Part shown: one piece after another, positions 1 through 14,082 of the stretch
Numbering within the stretch: position 1 is the first letter of the stretch
Layout: each line of letters opens with the position of its first letter
Assembly (NCBI GenBank): GCA_951406725.2
Contig: OX597829.1
Coordinates: 22,506,001 to 22,570,000, forward strand
Direction of reading: 5' to 3'
Length of the DNA: 64,000 nt
Origin: Octopus vulgaris
Taxonomy: Eukaryota
Notes under the pieces: model-generated
Database searches by the model: none
Told to the model about the DNA's origin: nothing
Seen by the model: the letters and a program-made list of their open reading frames with translations, nothing else
Position numbers and translations under genes: made by a program

Positions 1-69
1 GTGTGCCCCCACCTCTATACAGCTTAGGTCTGACCAAATTTTTCTTATTTGCAATAATATAAAGACACA

Positions 70-215
70 CCTTTACATTCTGAGTTCAAATGCTGCGAAG
101 GTCAACTTTGCATTCCATTCCTTTGCATACTTTGTGCAGTTGTGCACTGGGGTTGATGTAATCAGTTTACTCCCTCCCTGGAATTTGGTGGCCTTGTGTC
201 AAAATTCGAAATCAA
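70..215 (+). mobile_element. SINE family B, degraded copy
   Basis: TTCTGAGTTCAAAT..GGTCAACTTTGCATTCCATTCCTTT core and GGCCTTGTGTCAAAATTCGAAA tail, matching other B copies. Confidence 0.6.
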
Positions 216-2351
216 TAATATCACACACAGATGTACATAGATAATCACATAAAATCTTTCATGACTAAATGAAATTGTTTGGATCTAAAATTGTCTCTTC
301 AAGATATTTAAAGTATTTTTCTTAAAATCATTGGCACTATTCCATCATCAAAGATTCATCCTATGGATTTGTTTGTGCCAGATTCTTGTTCAAAACAACT
401 GAAGTTCACAAGATGCAAACAGGAATCTCATTTGAGAGTAAGAGGTGTCAATTGTCTTGAGGCAAAAAAAATTCTGACTAGAAGAAACCTTTATGGCATT
501 TACCTTTAACAAGAATATTTTGATAATACTGAAGAATTTTGTGCAGGTGGATTGTGACTTGTTGAACACAAAAAATACAGATGTTACAAGAAACCAAGCA
601 TAACCCTTTCCACCATCACTGCATACAATTCAACAATGTACTCTCTTCAGATTTCCTCCCTAAAAATTATAACTACCTGTTCAATCTTTTGGTTACTAGC
701 ATGAAGCTGACCACCCTTACCAACACCAGAGCTTGTAGTTCTGTACACTGCATGGCAACTTCAATAATACAGGTGACATGGGATAAAAGCACTCAGTCCA
801 CACAGAGAAAGTGGAAGGGCATCCAGTCATAGAAAACATGCTAATACAAACTTTGGAGTATGAAGAAGTCTTTGGACACAATGGATCCTGTCAAACTATC
901 CAGTATGGAATTCAGATGTTAAATGGTGATGAATGAATAAATGAATTAATTACTCAACTTTTATTTTAATGGCTAATTGAAATCAATGATGAAGAACTAA
1001 CAAGAAAAACACTAGTTTTAAAGGAAACTTTTCCAAAAGTTCTACAGATGACAATTTCAGAGTTGCAGCACTAATTACCAGCCAATTACAACCAAACCTG
1101 TCAAGAAGCAGAACAAGCAATCAGCAATTATAGGTTATAAATCAGAAAGGTGCTTTACTCATTGTTAATAATGTATTTCTATTAAATTAACAAAATCTCA
1201 TCATCACCAAATTAATGTTTTACATCACCATTATCTTATTTTTCAGACATTTCAATCTCATCTCAATCCAAGCCATTGCTTTGTTTGGGAATAATTCCAA
1301 GACATACTAATAGTTCCTTTGACAAGTGAGAGATCAACAAGAAAGTAGGCCTTGTGAGTTACACAGTAACACGACAAGGTACATTTGGACAGATTTAACA
1401 AAACTCAATACAGATAATGAAATGAAATCAATAAAAGTGTCGAGAAATCAATGCCTTACACAAGCATTAAAGGCATCAAGTTTAGCCAAATACACCACAA
1501 TAATAAGAAAGAAGAGCAAAAATAATATAGATTTCACGAATAAGGTTGGAACTGAATGACTTAAGATTAATGTGACCCAAAGAAACAAGAATCTCAATTG
1601 AAGCTATGTTCAGTATCTCAGATGGTAGAATGCCAGAAAGGAAGTGTGTTCTTCTGAGCTTTGATTATCAAACAACTTGTAAAGAATGATGGCTTAGGTT
1701 ACCGCAAACTGATAACGCACAGCAACAGAAAAGATGTAACTTATAATACAGATGCTGTAAAGATGTGTGTATATATCATATTATACAGATGTAACTAATA
1801 GTACAGTATGTATATATATCATATCGTATAATACAGATGTAAATGATAGTACAGTGTGTATATATTATATAATAGAGGTGTTGTAAAGATGTAACTAATA
1901 GTATATTTTATGTGTGTGTCTGTGTATATATATATATATATATATATAGATCATTTCTATCTAATATCTAATATCTATTTATCTAATATCTATCTATCTA
2001 TCTATCTAAAATCTATCTCCAAAAATTCCATGAGTCTTTGTGTTTATCCAAAATGGAGACGAACATCTTTCCTCCATGTGATCAGCTTGAAGAATTGTTA
2101 AGATATTTTCCTATTTTTCTTAACATGAAACCAATGATAGCCTTGATACACAAATAAAGAATTTCTATTCACCAGTGAACATATATATATATATCTTGCA
2201 ATACATGTATATGATACAGATGTGTAGTGCAACAAATACAAGGAAAATATATTTTACAACAAATCGTTTGAGAAATTACTGTAAATAAAAGTTTCAATTA
2301 CAGTCATACCCATATAAATAAGGGCTTACAGATAATCCACTTTATTATTCA

Positions 2352-2723
2352 CTAGCACTATGACCCGGCGTTGCCAGGTCATAGTGCTAGTGCATGCATA
2401 TACAGCTGCATGCGTGCGCACATACACACGAGTACTGTCCAAATCTCCGACCAATCACATACAGCTAGCTGGCATTCAATTGGCGTATCAAGTTTCGGGC
2501 ATTTTGAATGGGTTTTGGATAGAAAATTCACAAAAAAGTCACTTCTATTGATTTTTTTAATGGCTTTGTGGGGTGACTGGGAAAATGTAAAGATGTGCAC
2601 GACCACCCTTGGACAGTTTTGAATGACCATAGAAAGTGCGAGCCCTCTAACTGAAAAATTGTGGATTTGTATAAAGGATACACACACACACACACACATT
2701 TTGTGTTTATATGTATATATAGA
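2352..2723 (-). mobile_element. Non-autonomous Helitron-like element
   Basis: On the minus strand it starts A|TCTATATATAC, contains a (TG)n tract, and ends with a GC-rich subterminal hairpin and CTAG|T. Inserted in an A|T target with no TSD. Confidence 0.7.
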
Positions 2724-2751
2724 TAACAAAGCCTAATTTAAATGTGTATAT

Positions 2752-3165
2752 ACTCTTTACTCTTTTACTTGTTTCAGTCATTTGACTGTGGCCATGCTGG
2801 AGCACCACCTTTAGTCGACCCCAGGACTTATTCTTTGTAAGCCTAGTACTTATTCTATCGGTCTCTTTTGCCTAACCGCTATGTTACGTGGATGTAAACA
2901 TGCCAACATCAGTTGTCAAGTGATGTTGGGGGGACAAACACAGACACACAAACATATACACACATAGACACACACACATATATATATATATATACATATA
3001 TACAACAGGCTTCTTTCAGTTTCTGTCTACCAAATCCACTCACAAGGCTTTGGTTGGCCCGAGGCTAAGGTAGAAGACACTTGCCCAAGGTGCCACGCAG
3101 TGGGCCTGAACCAGGAACCATGTGGTTGATAAGCAAGCTACTTACCACATAGCCACTCCTGCGCC
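2752..3165 (-). mobile_element. SINE family A (tRNA-like head, internal (TA)/(TG) microsatellite, stem-loop tail)
   Basis: Full copy of consensus GGCGCAGGAGTGGCTGTGTGG (A box)..GGTTCAGTCCC (B-box-like)..CCTTGGGCAAGTG..GGTGCTCCAGCATGGCCRCAGTCAAATGACTGAAAC(AAGTAAAAGAG)n. Confidence 0.85.
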
Positions 3166-3709
3166 TACATCTTAGTCTTCTATTATTATAATTCCTTTCA
3201 CATCTAGGATATTTTGCGAGAATAAAAGGAAAACTGATGACGTTATAGAAAGAAACAGCAAAGACTGATTTTAGGAGGCTGAACCTCACAAAGGAGATAG
3301 CAGGACATTGTTAGATGTTCAACTGAAGACGACTCTTCCACCCCATGTAGGCAAGGAAAAACAGATGTAGATTGACAATCAGGACAATACACTCCCTATA
3401 TATAAAAATATATTATAATTACTATCTGTAATAATGCAGATTAATAGAGTCAATTGCTTGAGCTTTCAGTAATTAGGTTCATCCATCAATGCCCTGGGGG
3501 TTTGTTTCTTTTGTGTGTGTGTGGGGCAGTGGGTATTTTTCTGAGAATGTTTAGTTGTGTGGTTCAGTTGATTTGATAGAGAATTATTTTAATGATGAAA
3601 GGATGAATTCTTAAAGTGGGATTTGAACTCAGAATGCAGATGTCTACAAGCAAATACTAAAGTTATATTATCCAAGACTTCAATGATTCTATGAATGCAC
3701 TTACTTCAC

Positions 3710-4600
3710 AGCCATGTGGTCAGTCCCACTGCAAGTTGTGCAAGTGTCTTCTACTGTGGGTTTGAGCTGACCAAAATCATGTAATTGGATTGGGTGGATG
3801 GAAACTGAAGGAAGCCCATTGTATGTGTGTGCATGTGTGTGTGCACACACGTGTGCGTATGTGCGAGAAGACTCATCAAGCCAAGTGAAATCACAGTCAC
3901 GACTGATGCTGGTGTCACGTAACTAGCATGTAAAAAGCACCTTTTGAGCATTGGGCCTCATGGAGGCATGATGGCTGATGCTGGTGCCACATGAAAAGTG
4001 CCTTTTTGAGTGTTGGACCCCATGGAGGCAATGACAGATGACTGAGACCTTTAGTATTATGCTATGCTTGAGAAGAAGACCCAGCAAACCAAGTGGAATC
4101 ATAGTCATGGCTGATAATGGTGTTACACAGATGGCACCTGTGCCAGTGGCATTTAAAAGCACCCAGTACACTCTCAGAGTGGTTGGCTTTAGGAAGGGCA
4201 TCCAGCTGTAGAACCCCATGCCAAATCAGAAACCATACCGTAGAACTCCAGCTGTGGAAACCATGCCAGATTAGACTAGAACCTTCCAGCTTGCCAGCCC
4301 TGGTCAAACCATCCAACCCATGCCAGCATGGACAACAGCCTTTAAATGATGATGATGATGGTATTTTTATATCACTCTTCCATGGCTTTGTGTTTATCGT
4401 TGTTCCCCATGACCACCATCACTTTACAAGTGATGTTGGTTTGTTTACATCTCTGTCACTTAGCACTTCAACAAAATGAGGCTGATAGATTAAGTACCAG
4501 GTTTAAAAATAATCATCGTGGTTGATTTGTTTAACTAAACCATTTAAGGCAGTACCCAAGCATGGCTGCAGTCCAATGACTGAAACAAGTAAATAATAAA
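3710..4600 (+). mobile_element. Old SINE A split by a family D element (~3870-4360) in its central microsatellite
   Basis: A head at 3710-3820. D body with GGTTGGCTTTAGGAAGGGCATCCAGCTGTAGAA..CCAACCCATGCCAGCATGG..(GAT)n. A tail at ~4410-4600. Confidence 0.7.
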
Positions 4601-4619
4601 GGGTAACTGATAAATATCT

Positions 4620-5150
<531 letters not shown>

Positions 5151-5964
5151 AGTAGGTAGGTAGGCAGAAGATACCAAGAGAGTGAGAGAGAATTTATTGA
5201 TCACCTCTGCATAAATTGATGAATCGTGATAGGTTGGTCTATGTATATGTAAGCTATATGTGTGTGTGTGTGTGTGTGTGTGTCTGTATGTGTATCTGTA
5301 TGAGTATGTATACTCTCTCCCTCCCCATGGAATATCAGCAGAGAGAGACAATATTTAAGCATTAGGTTGACCTACTGATCTACAAGATCAAGCAAACCAA
5401 TTCGGTTCAGCTAGAATATTAATTACAGTTTCTCTCTAAATTTTTTGTTGTTGTTTTTTTTTTGTTTGTTTGTTTTTTTACTGAAAGATTTGCACCTTGT
5501 TTCATTTTCCTGCCCTCCCTCTCTCGTTCTCCTGTCCCTCTTACCGACACACACACACACACACACTCACATCCATCTCTATCATCCTTCTTTATGTTTT
5601 CTCTTTTGCTGCTAGCTTGTTCTTTTTCTTTTTTTTTTTTTTACTGTTTGAGATGTTTTTCTTTTTTGGGTATTTATTTATTTATTTTATTTATTTATTT
5701 ATTTATTTAAGGTGAAGGCTCTAGGTTCTGAACTCCTTCGGTTGCTTCTTTTTCTTTCTTTTTTTTTATCTTTTTCCTTCCACCAGGCTTGCCAGGGTGC
5801 TAATTAATATAGTCATTGCAATATAAGTGTGTAGGGGGGGGAGAGATAGAGAGAGCAACAGAGAGAAATAGAAAGAGAGGGTGGGACGGAGGGGCAAAGG
5901 AAGGGAAGGAGGAAGGAAGAGAGGAATAGAGAAGCTGTTATCTTTTAGGCTTTCTACTTGCTCA

Positions 5965-6313
5965 AACAACCCCACCCCAACATTACGCACCCCACCACCC
6001 CAATCCGTTGTCCTCACCACACCCTCCACCCAAAACATCACATCACATCACATCACATCGCATCACACCATTGCCGCTTCCATCAACACCGTTGCCACTT
6101 ATTGCAATTCTCTAACCCCACCACCACCACCCCCTCTCCACCCCCACCCCGCCCAACACCCACCACCGCCACCCCACTCACCCACCACAACATACGCTTC
6201 CTCCCTTCTCTATCACCACACCTAGCACCATCACTACCACCACCCCTAGCACCATCACTACCACCACCACCACCACCTCAATCCCAAAACATACGCACCA
6301 AGCACCAACATCA

Positions 6314-6346
<33 letters not shown>

Positions 6347-6510
6347 CTACCATTACTATTGCCACTACCAACACAATATCTCACTACACACACACACACA
6401 CATACATACACACCTAGTACCAACACTACCTCCATCATCACACCTAACACCACCACCACCACCACCACCACTATTATTACAACTACCACTGCTGCTGCTG
6501 CTACCAGTAC
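5965..6510. repeat. Low-complexity (CCA)n/(CAA)n/(CATCA)n tract
   Basis: Direct reading. Yields poly-P/H/T ORFs with no domain. Confidence 0.85.
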
Positions 6511-6612
6511 CATTTGTATTTAGAAACTTTCATATAGATGCTATGCTACCAGAAAATAATCTTGCAGCCTCTTCATATGAACCAAAAGAATTACCTCCTA
6601 TCTGTCCAATGA

Positions 6613-6648
<36 letters not shown>

Positions 6649-7532
6649 ACACACACACACACACAGCTACCGTTCTATATACTGCATCTTTTTTCCATCA
6701 GATCATTTTGCTTAGTATAGCTTAGCTTAGCACCGACAGTTCTAACCCAGAAGAACCAAAAACAACAGCAACAATAACAACAACAACAAAAACAAAAACA
6801 ACAGCAGCATGATGATAGTAAACGTTGAGCCTAAATAAGGTATTCTCAATTATGGTAAATTGGTACCACCTCCGGTGTGTCTATGGAAAAGAATTACAAT
6901 GAGTGTGTGTGTGTGTGTGTTAGGGAGTGAATGAGTGTGTTTGCATAACAACAATTATGCAAAAATAAATGTGCTTATATATGTATGTATGTATATATAC
7001 ACACAAATAGGCAATGCATATACAATGATACAATGCATTCCCATACAACAGGTGCACAGACAATATAAATGCATACAACCTATGTGCATACATTAAATGT
7101 GCATTTGAAAGGCATGCACACACTATATGCACACAGTAATTATGCATATTAGAGATTCACGTTTGGTACATATGCACACATATATACATACATGCACAAT
7201 ATATGCATGCTTAAAATACTGTGCACAAAGTGTGCACGCTTTATATGCATTTCAAAAAAATATACATGCACCCATGACATGCACTTAAAATGCATGCATT
7301 TGTTATATAAACTTCAACTACATGTACATGCATGCATGTGCAGACATACACAACTGCACATCTACAGATGCAAAAATTCTTATAATGCAATGCAATATTC
7401 CTCAGTATTTTTGTTTTCCATATAATCAAGAATTCTCTTTTAGAATTATGATTCATGAAAATTCTAAGACCAACACCACTACCACCACCACCACCACCAC
7501 CACTACTGTTGCCACCACTAAAACCACCATCA

Positions 7533-7576
<44 letters not shown>

Positions 7577-7744
7577 TTAAAAAATGGTTTCCTAACTGAA
7601 AATACTTAAATCAGGCAAGCTAATGCAAAGAAAAACAAAGACAACCTTTAACCATAGAAGCATTTTTACTGTACAGAGCATATCTTAGAAGATCTATACC
7701 TATTGATTACATGTGTCTGCTACCGCTACTGCTGCTGTTGTTAT

Positions 7745-8090
7745 AATTGTTTAGTCCCAGGTGAGCCCTGAACAAGATAGACCTATGATCAAAAATGTTA
7801 CAGCTGTAACCATCCTATCTTTTATTCAAATATAGTATATCTAGGACTTCACTATATAATGTATAGAACAGTCTTTATTATTAGTGATTGTAGCTGTTGT
7901 TTAATTCCAGGTCAGTCTTGACCTAAAAGGCCTACAATCAAAATAGTTCTTGCTGTGGTCATTTCATCTTCTATTCAGGCATAGTTTATCAAGGACTAGA
8001 TTATCCAAAGTGATCCTTCCTTGTTTAAAGACAGTGAGGTATAATGTGACAAGGTTTTGACTGCTATTTCTAAAAAGCAAACAACCACAT
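7745..8090. mobile_element. Two tandem degraded copies of a further interspersed repeat (family E)
   Basis: GTTTAGTCCCAGGTGAGCCCTGA..GACCTATGATCAAA..CAGCTGTAACCATC motif, recurring near 28680 and 50870 and inverted near 35720-35890. Confidence 0.55.
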
Positions 8091-8616
8091 AAGCAGTTCC
8101 TTGTTGACTTATATTGATTACAGGTGTAAAGAAAAAAAAAGTGTTAAAATATGTATTTACTGCTATCAAAGGTGAAGGTTGATACAACACCTGTGCACCT
8201 AATTTACTGGAGGCCAATCCTGTCTGAATATAAATGAAGTAACCATTTAAGTAAATTAATTACTTTAATTATACTATTTCCCCCCATCTCCTCTGCCCAC
8301 CTCTTCCTAATTTTGAGAGAGTAAAGTCAAAAATAATTTTGATTACCATTTTATTGTAATATCTACAGTTGTTGTTACAGTGAAGTGTATGCATACACAC
8401 ACATTCATGATATTGATCATCATAACTATCATCAATGTTCAAACATCCATTTTCCTATCTTAAGAGGGGTTTGATGGGTTTGTTGCACAAAATATCACCA
8501 ACTTTCTTACTTAGTCTTTTAATAATCTCCCCTATGAGACCAAGCACCAAATCAAGAAAATGGAATTCTTTTGCATATTCAACAATTTTTCGAAGACGGT
8601 ATATTGGTATTTTAGT

Positions 8617-8875
8617 GGAGGCACGTGGCTTAGTGGTTAGGGTGTCAGCATCATGATCATAAGATTGTGGTTTCGATTCCTGGACCAGGCGACACGTTGT
8701 GTTCTTGAGCAAAACACTTCATTTCACATTGCTCCAGTCCACTCAGCTGGCAAAAATGAGTAATGCAGCGATGGACTGGCGTCCCGTCCAGCTGGGGGAA
8801 CACATACGCTATTGAAACCGAGAAACCGGGCCCATGAGCCTTGGCTAGGCTTTAAAAGGGCACATTTATTTTTTT
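8617..8875 (+). mobile_element. SINE family C (tRNA-derived; CORE-like plus V-domain-like segments)
   Basis: A box TGGCTTAGTGG, B box GTTTCGATTCC, CTTGAGCAAAACACTT, GCGATGGACTGGCGTCCCGTCCAG, T-rich tail. Near-identical copy at 10161. Confidence 0.85.
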
Positions 8876-9317
8876 TTATATTGGTATTTTGAGATTTGAG
8901 GAAGATTTGGCTGCCTGTTCTTGTCTGTCAAACAACTACGCAGAGATTTCATCACTCGTAAAAATGTTTCATGCAGAAAAAATAAAAACTTTGAATGACG
9001 ATAGATAAAAACAATTCTGAAATTCTGCAATACAACACCAACAGCATTAAAACCAGTTTTATAAAAATAAATGATTTTATCATCATTATGAGATTGATGC
9101 AGCAATAATTCCAGAAATATTCTGACTACCAGAACGCATACCATTTCCAGTTATACACAAAACAAAACATTCATAAGAGTGATAGTTTTATACTGTACAT
9201 AGATGATACATTAAAAGTAAAATAAAACAGGTATTCATTGAAATTTACAGGAAATGTAGGCTTTCATAAATAAATAAAATATAGCAATATAAAACATGTA
9301 AATATCATACATGTATA

Positions 9318-9517
9318 CTTTTCTACTCTAGGCACAATGCCCGAAATTTTGGGGGAGGGGGCCAGTCAATTAGATCGACACCAGTATGCAACTGGTACTT
9401 ATTTCAGACCCCAAAAGGATGAAAGGCAAAGTCAACCATTGTGGAATTTGAACTCAGGACAAAATACCGCTAAGCATTTTGCCTGGCGTGCTAATGCTTC
9501 TGCCAGCTCACCACCTT
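9318..9517 (-). mobile_element. SINE family B, tail type 2
   Basis: AAGGTGGTGAGCTGGCAGAA head, CCTTTCATCCTTTTGGGGTC core, tail ..TTGTGCCTAGAGTAGAAAAG. A second tail copy lies at 9527-9570. Confidence 0.75.
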
Positions 9518-10118
9518 AAATATTATCTTTTCTACTCTAGGCACAAGGCCCAAAATTTTGGGGGAAGTCCACACCAACCCTAAACCAATTACAGCTCTTC
9601 CACATAGGTAACCTCCAGTTCCCTCTATCTAGCTGCTACAACTCCTTCACATACAATTCCTCAACTTGCTTTGGAACAATCTACCGAATATCATGACAAG
9701 GAACAAACTGAAATCATATTTTACAAAGTCTGAAGAAAACTAAAAAAAAAAAGATGCTCTAACTGGTTCTAATAAGAAATCAAATCAAGGTTTTCATAAT
9801 TCCATTCCCTGCACAGCTTCCACCACCCCGGACACTGAAGTCGATAGATTAAACAAAATAATTATGGAGTTAATTATAATGAAGGCAGAAGTGTACAAAA
9901 ATATATACAATCACCCCATTTACACTCTAAAAAGTAATCAGCATCATAAAAAAATCAGAAATAAATTCAAACACAATGCAGCAACGCCATACATGGTCGG
10001 AATAAAACTCAACATTGAATGACTAAACAAGGAAACTGACAAATAAATATCATATATGAATAAACAAACTGTAGAAAGACAAAACTGGTAAATATTTATA
10101 TCGAATCACGAAAATAAC

Positions 10119-10605
10119 ATTAACCCTTAAGCATTTAAACTGACCACATCTGGTCAAAGTGGGGGTGCGTGGCTTAGTGGTTAGGGTGACAGCATCATGA
10201 TCGTAAGATTGTGGTTTCGATTCCTGGACCGGACAACGCGTTATGTTCTTGAGCAAAACACTTCATTTCACGTTGCTCCAGTTCACTCAGCTGGCAAAAA
10301 TGAGTAACGCTACAATGGACTGATGTCCCGTCCAGCTGGGGAACACATACGCCATAGAAACCGGGAAAACCGGGCCCATGAGCCTGGCTAGGCTTTAAAA
10401 GGGCGCATTTATTTTATTATTATATCTGGCCAAAATATCTTACCGGTTTTATGTTCAAACTGGCCAGATCTGGCTTCACACATCTACCTTGCAATGTGGT
10501 TCTTAAAATAAACAATCCCATCGTTGAAATCTCAAAGCTATGAGATAATGCATGATTAATTCAAAACAACGTGAATAAATAAGGATATTTGACAGAGTAA
10601 TCTGT
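10119..10605. mobile_element. piggyBac-like MITE interrupted by SINE C (10159-10420)
   Basis: TTAA-CCCTTAAGCATT start. SINE flanked by near-duplication acatctggtcaaa / atatctggccaaa. MITE body matches copies at 29335-30000 and 24073. Confidence 0.65.
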
Positions 10606-10650
10606 TAAACCATTGCATAGAGAAATTAGTAGCAACAACATCAACAACAA

Positions 10651-11018
10651 GACCCCAGGACTTATTCTTTGTAAGCCTAGTACTTGTTCTATCAGTCTCT
10701 TTCACTGAACTGCTGAGTTACAGGGATGTAAACACACCAGCATCAGTTGTCAAGCGATGTTGGGGGGACAAACACAGACACACACACGCACACATATATA
10801 TATATATAGATATACATACATACACACACACACATACACACACACAAATATATACGACGGGCTTCTTTCAGTTTCCGTCTACCAAATCCACTCACAAGGC
10901 TTTGGTCGACCCAAGGCTATAGTAGAAGACACTTGCTCAAGGTGCCACACAGTGGGACTGAACCTGGAACCATGTGGTTGGTAAGCAAGCTACTTACCAC
11001 ACAGCCTCTCCTACGCCT
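10651..11018 (-). mobile_element. SINE family A (3'-truncated)
   Basis: Matches the A consensus. Confidence 0.85.
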
Positions 11019-11159
11019 AAATAGGTAATCTCATATAGATACGTTTCTCAACATCAATGAAACTTCAATTACATTTTCTGCTATACATGCACACACTGCA
11101 CCCCCTTAAGAAATACGAAGAAATTCTGGCAAGCAAAGAGACTGTTATAATGCAAAGCC

Positions 11160-11420
11160 TATGTAGTGCACACAACACTTCCAGAATTTGACATTTCTTG
11201 GATGGAATATCACAGGGTGCTCTCCTCTCAGCCCATCTGTTCAGCTTATGCTTTTGATTTCCTTACACCTCAAAACATTCAGGTGCTCTCCTCTCAGCCC
11301 ATCTGTTCAGCTTATGCTTTTGATTTCCTTACACCTCAAAACATTCAGGTGCTCCTCATAGTCAAACACCATTCTCTACTGCAAAACTATTCCAAGCCTA
11401 AGTTAGAACACCCAGTAACC
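11160..11420 (+). mobile_element. Non-LTR reverse transcriptase fossil with an exact 66-bp tandem duplication
   Basis: Frame GISQGALLSAHLFSLCF resembles the RT motif GVPQGSVLSPxLF. Positions 11216-11281 are repeated exactly at 11282-11347. Confidence 0.55.
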
Positions 11421-11754
11421 ACGGATCTGCAACAGCAGACTTAAAGTAGCATCTACCAAATCTACTATTTACATCTATTAACAGCAACATAAGCTAACCA
11501 TAAAACTCCACAAACAACATATCACACACAGACAGCAAAAAACTAACAATCAACACCACCACAAAATTCACAACAGCACAACTGATGCGCAAACCTGCTA
11601 AGGGTAGTCACAGGTATCACAATTGAACAGCAGAAAGAAATAACAACATAGGGGTATAAACAATAACACGTAGATCTATCATGGTGTATGGCAGTCCTGA
11701 TGGAGACATAATTTCTTCACTGTACACCACAATAAACTACAGAGAACATGCCTA

Positions 11755-12212
11755 CACAACACATCATAACATGTTGTACATAATCCACACCCACAAAATA
11801 CACTACACACCATAATGGATTGCAAAGAGTGCACACCCACACAGCAGGTTCTAAACAGTTCACACCCACAAACTGCACAACATATCATAACATGTAGTAA
11901 ACAGGCCACACCCACAAACCACAGATCATAACAGCCCACATCCACAAACCATATTACACATCATAAGAGGTTGCAAACAGGCCACACCCACAAACTGCTC
12001 TACACATCATAACAGGTTGTACACAGTCCACACACACACAAAACACACATCATAAGAGGTTGCAAACATGCCACAACAACAAAATGCACTACACATCATA
12101 ACGGGTTGTACACAGTCCACACCCCAAAACACACTATACATCATAACATGTAAGCAGGTCACACCCACCACTCATACTATACATCATAAGAGGTTGTACA
12201 CAGTCCGCACCC
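11755..12212. repeat. Degenerate ~45-bp minisatellite, ~10 units
   Basis: Unit approximately ACATCATAACAGGTTGTACACAGTCCACACCCACAAAACACACTAC. CATCATAA at 11960, 12005, 12048, 12094, 12139, 12182. Confidence 0.85.
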
Positions 12213-12700
12213 TGAAACTAGACAATACAACAAAATAAAAATACTAAATATGAAAGATTTCTAGAAATATGAAGGAACCCCAAAAATCCTTATCACCATA
12301 TGATAAACAACCAGAAACACAGATACAATAATCTCAGAGTACTATTGCCAATAAACCTCACTAGTTTTTAACTGGGATGTACATGACCCTACTGCCAAAT
12401 ACAGCAACTGTCATGCAATGACCGAGCCTACCTTGTCCATCTTGATATGGCCAATGTAAGAACAGCATACAAAAATGTATCAGCACTTGAGATACACTAA
12501 TATATCTACACTGTGATATTGTAGCCTATACAGTTTATCATTAGATGCCAAATTGTCCTGTATGGCCCACTGCTAAGTAGAGACTTGGTGAAAGCAGGCT
12601 AGGTGGAGCTGAGAGCCACATCATGTCATTCAGTTGCTCACCTGTGTGCCACAGGTAAGCTTACTTTGAGGATGAATTTTACAACAAGATTTGACCTGGA

Positions 12701-12985
12701 GCAGTAGTTCCCAACTGGTGTCCATAAGGTCTTTGGGGGCCCATATAAGATGTTGTGGTTAAAATTGATGTACAATAAATAGGTTATACTTCTACAATAC
12801 ACAAAATATTTTAATTTTTTTTATAGGCATCGTTGTGTGGTAAGAAGCTTGCTTCCCAACCACATGATTCTGGGTTCAGTCCCACTGCGTGGCACCTTGG
12901 GCTAGTGTCTTCTACTATAGCCTCAGGCCAACCAAAGCCTTGTGAGTGGAATTGGTAGACGGAAACTGAAAGAAACCCACCACGT
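12701..12985 (+). mobile_element. Left half of a hAT MITE followed by a SINE A head
   Basis: CAGTAGTTCCCAAC terminus and body matching the MITE at 19941. SINE A head from ~12826. Confidence 0.6.
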
Positions 12986-13219
12986 ATGTATATATATATA
13001 TATATATATATGTATGTACATGTGTTTACCTGTTTGCATGTGTGAGTGTGTCTTTATATGAACGTATGTACGTGTTTGTATGTGTGAGTGTGTCTATGTA
13101 AACATGTATATGTGTGTGTGTATTTCATCATGAGATAACTTCATTGCATGAATAAATTTTTAAAAAAATTTTTCTCATTAGCTTATAAATAAATTATTAG
13201 TGTTTTTTTCTTTTTTCTT

Positions 13220-13445
13220 ACCAGTCTCCCCTCTCCACGACATCAGTGTTATCCAAGGAAAAGGCAAAGGGGCCGATACAGCTTGGCACCTGTGACATCG
13301 CAACTCATTTCTACAGCTGAGTGAACTGGAGCAATGTGAAATAAAGTGTCTTGCTCAAGAACAGAACACACAGCCCAGTCTGGGAATCGAACTCACAACC
13401 TCATGATCATAAGCCCAATGCTGTAACCACTGAGCCATGCACCGT
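13220..13445 (-). mobile_element. SINE with a family C-type head and a different tail
   Basis: Reverse complement GCATGGCTCAGTGGTTA..GAGTTCGATTCCC..TTCTTGAGCAAGACACTTTATTTCACATTGCTCCAGTTCACTCAGCTG. Confidence 0.7.
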
Positions 13446-14012
13446 TACCCTTTCACCCAATGTGGAGTAAGGTGCTAACAATGCATGGCTTAGTCTAAAA
13501 CCACTGTCTTATCCTTAAGTAATTCTATAAGAGTTTCACTATTCCAAGAGGTTCAGATCTTGCTTACCGTTTCCAGTCATGTTTATTCCTACAGGCAGTA
13601 TTTTATCATGCACATCAATCACATAACTCAAACATTCTTACTATGACTAATATTTAAATAGATAGAAAGAAACAAAAAAAAAAAACCCAACAAAAATACA
13701 CACACAAAATATTATTGGGTTTATAGTAGTTTAGCTTCTTGCATTCAGTAGTTGCAAAAAATTGGCTCAGTTAATGCCATTATTTCTACAAATCATGCCC
13801 TATGTCTAGTCTGTCTTCACTCATACTGAAAACTAACACATTTCGAAAAATGCTGCTGTCTCCTGTGTGCTCACACAATGTTTAGATTTATAGAACCCAT
13901 CTGTTACCAGACAACACAAAAGGTCAACAGTAAATTCTATGTCAGTGTTACTTAAACAACCAGGAACCAACAATACCTTGACAAGAATCACTCCCACACT
14001 CACACTATATAT

Positions 14013-14061
<49 letters not shown>

Positions 14062-14082
14062 CATATTCATGTATATATATTT

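Noticed and set aside
5958-6725. 255-aa Pro/His/Thr-rich ORF
   Set aside because: Built from (CCA)n, (CAA)n and (CA)n runs, with no splice or homology support.
8617-8695. tRNA gene
   Set aside because: A/B boxes are the head of SINE C. It continues into SINE body and is repeated at 10161.
11755-12212. CRISPR-like regular spacing
   Set aside because: Whole units are homologous, with no unique spacers and no cas genes. Eukaryotic context.
13568-13640. Possible next Jagged exon (GTAAG donor on minus; frame SYVIDVHDK)
   Set aside because: Only superficial similarity to SYTLLVEAWD and no phase-compatible acceptor.
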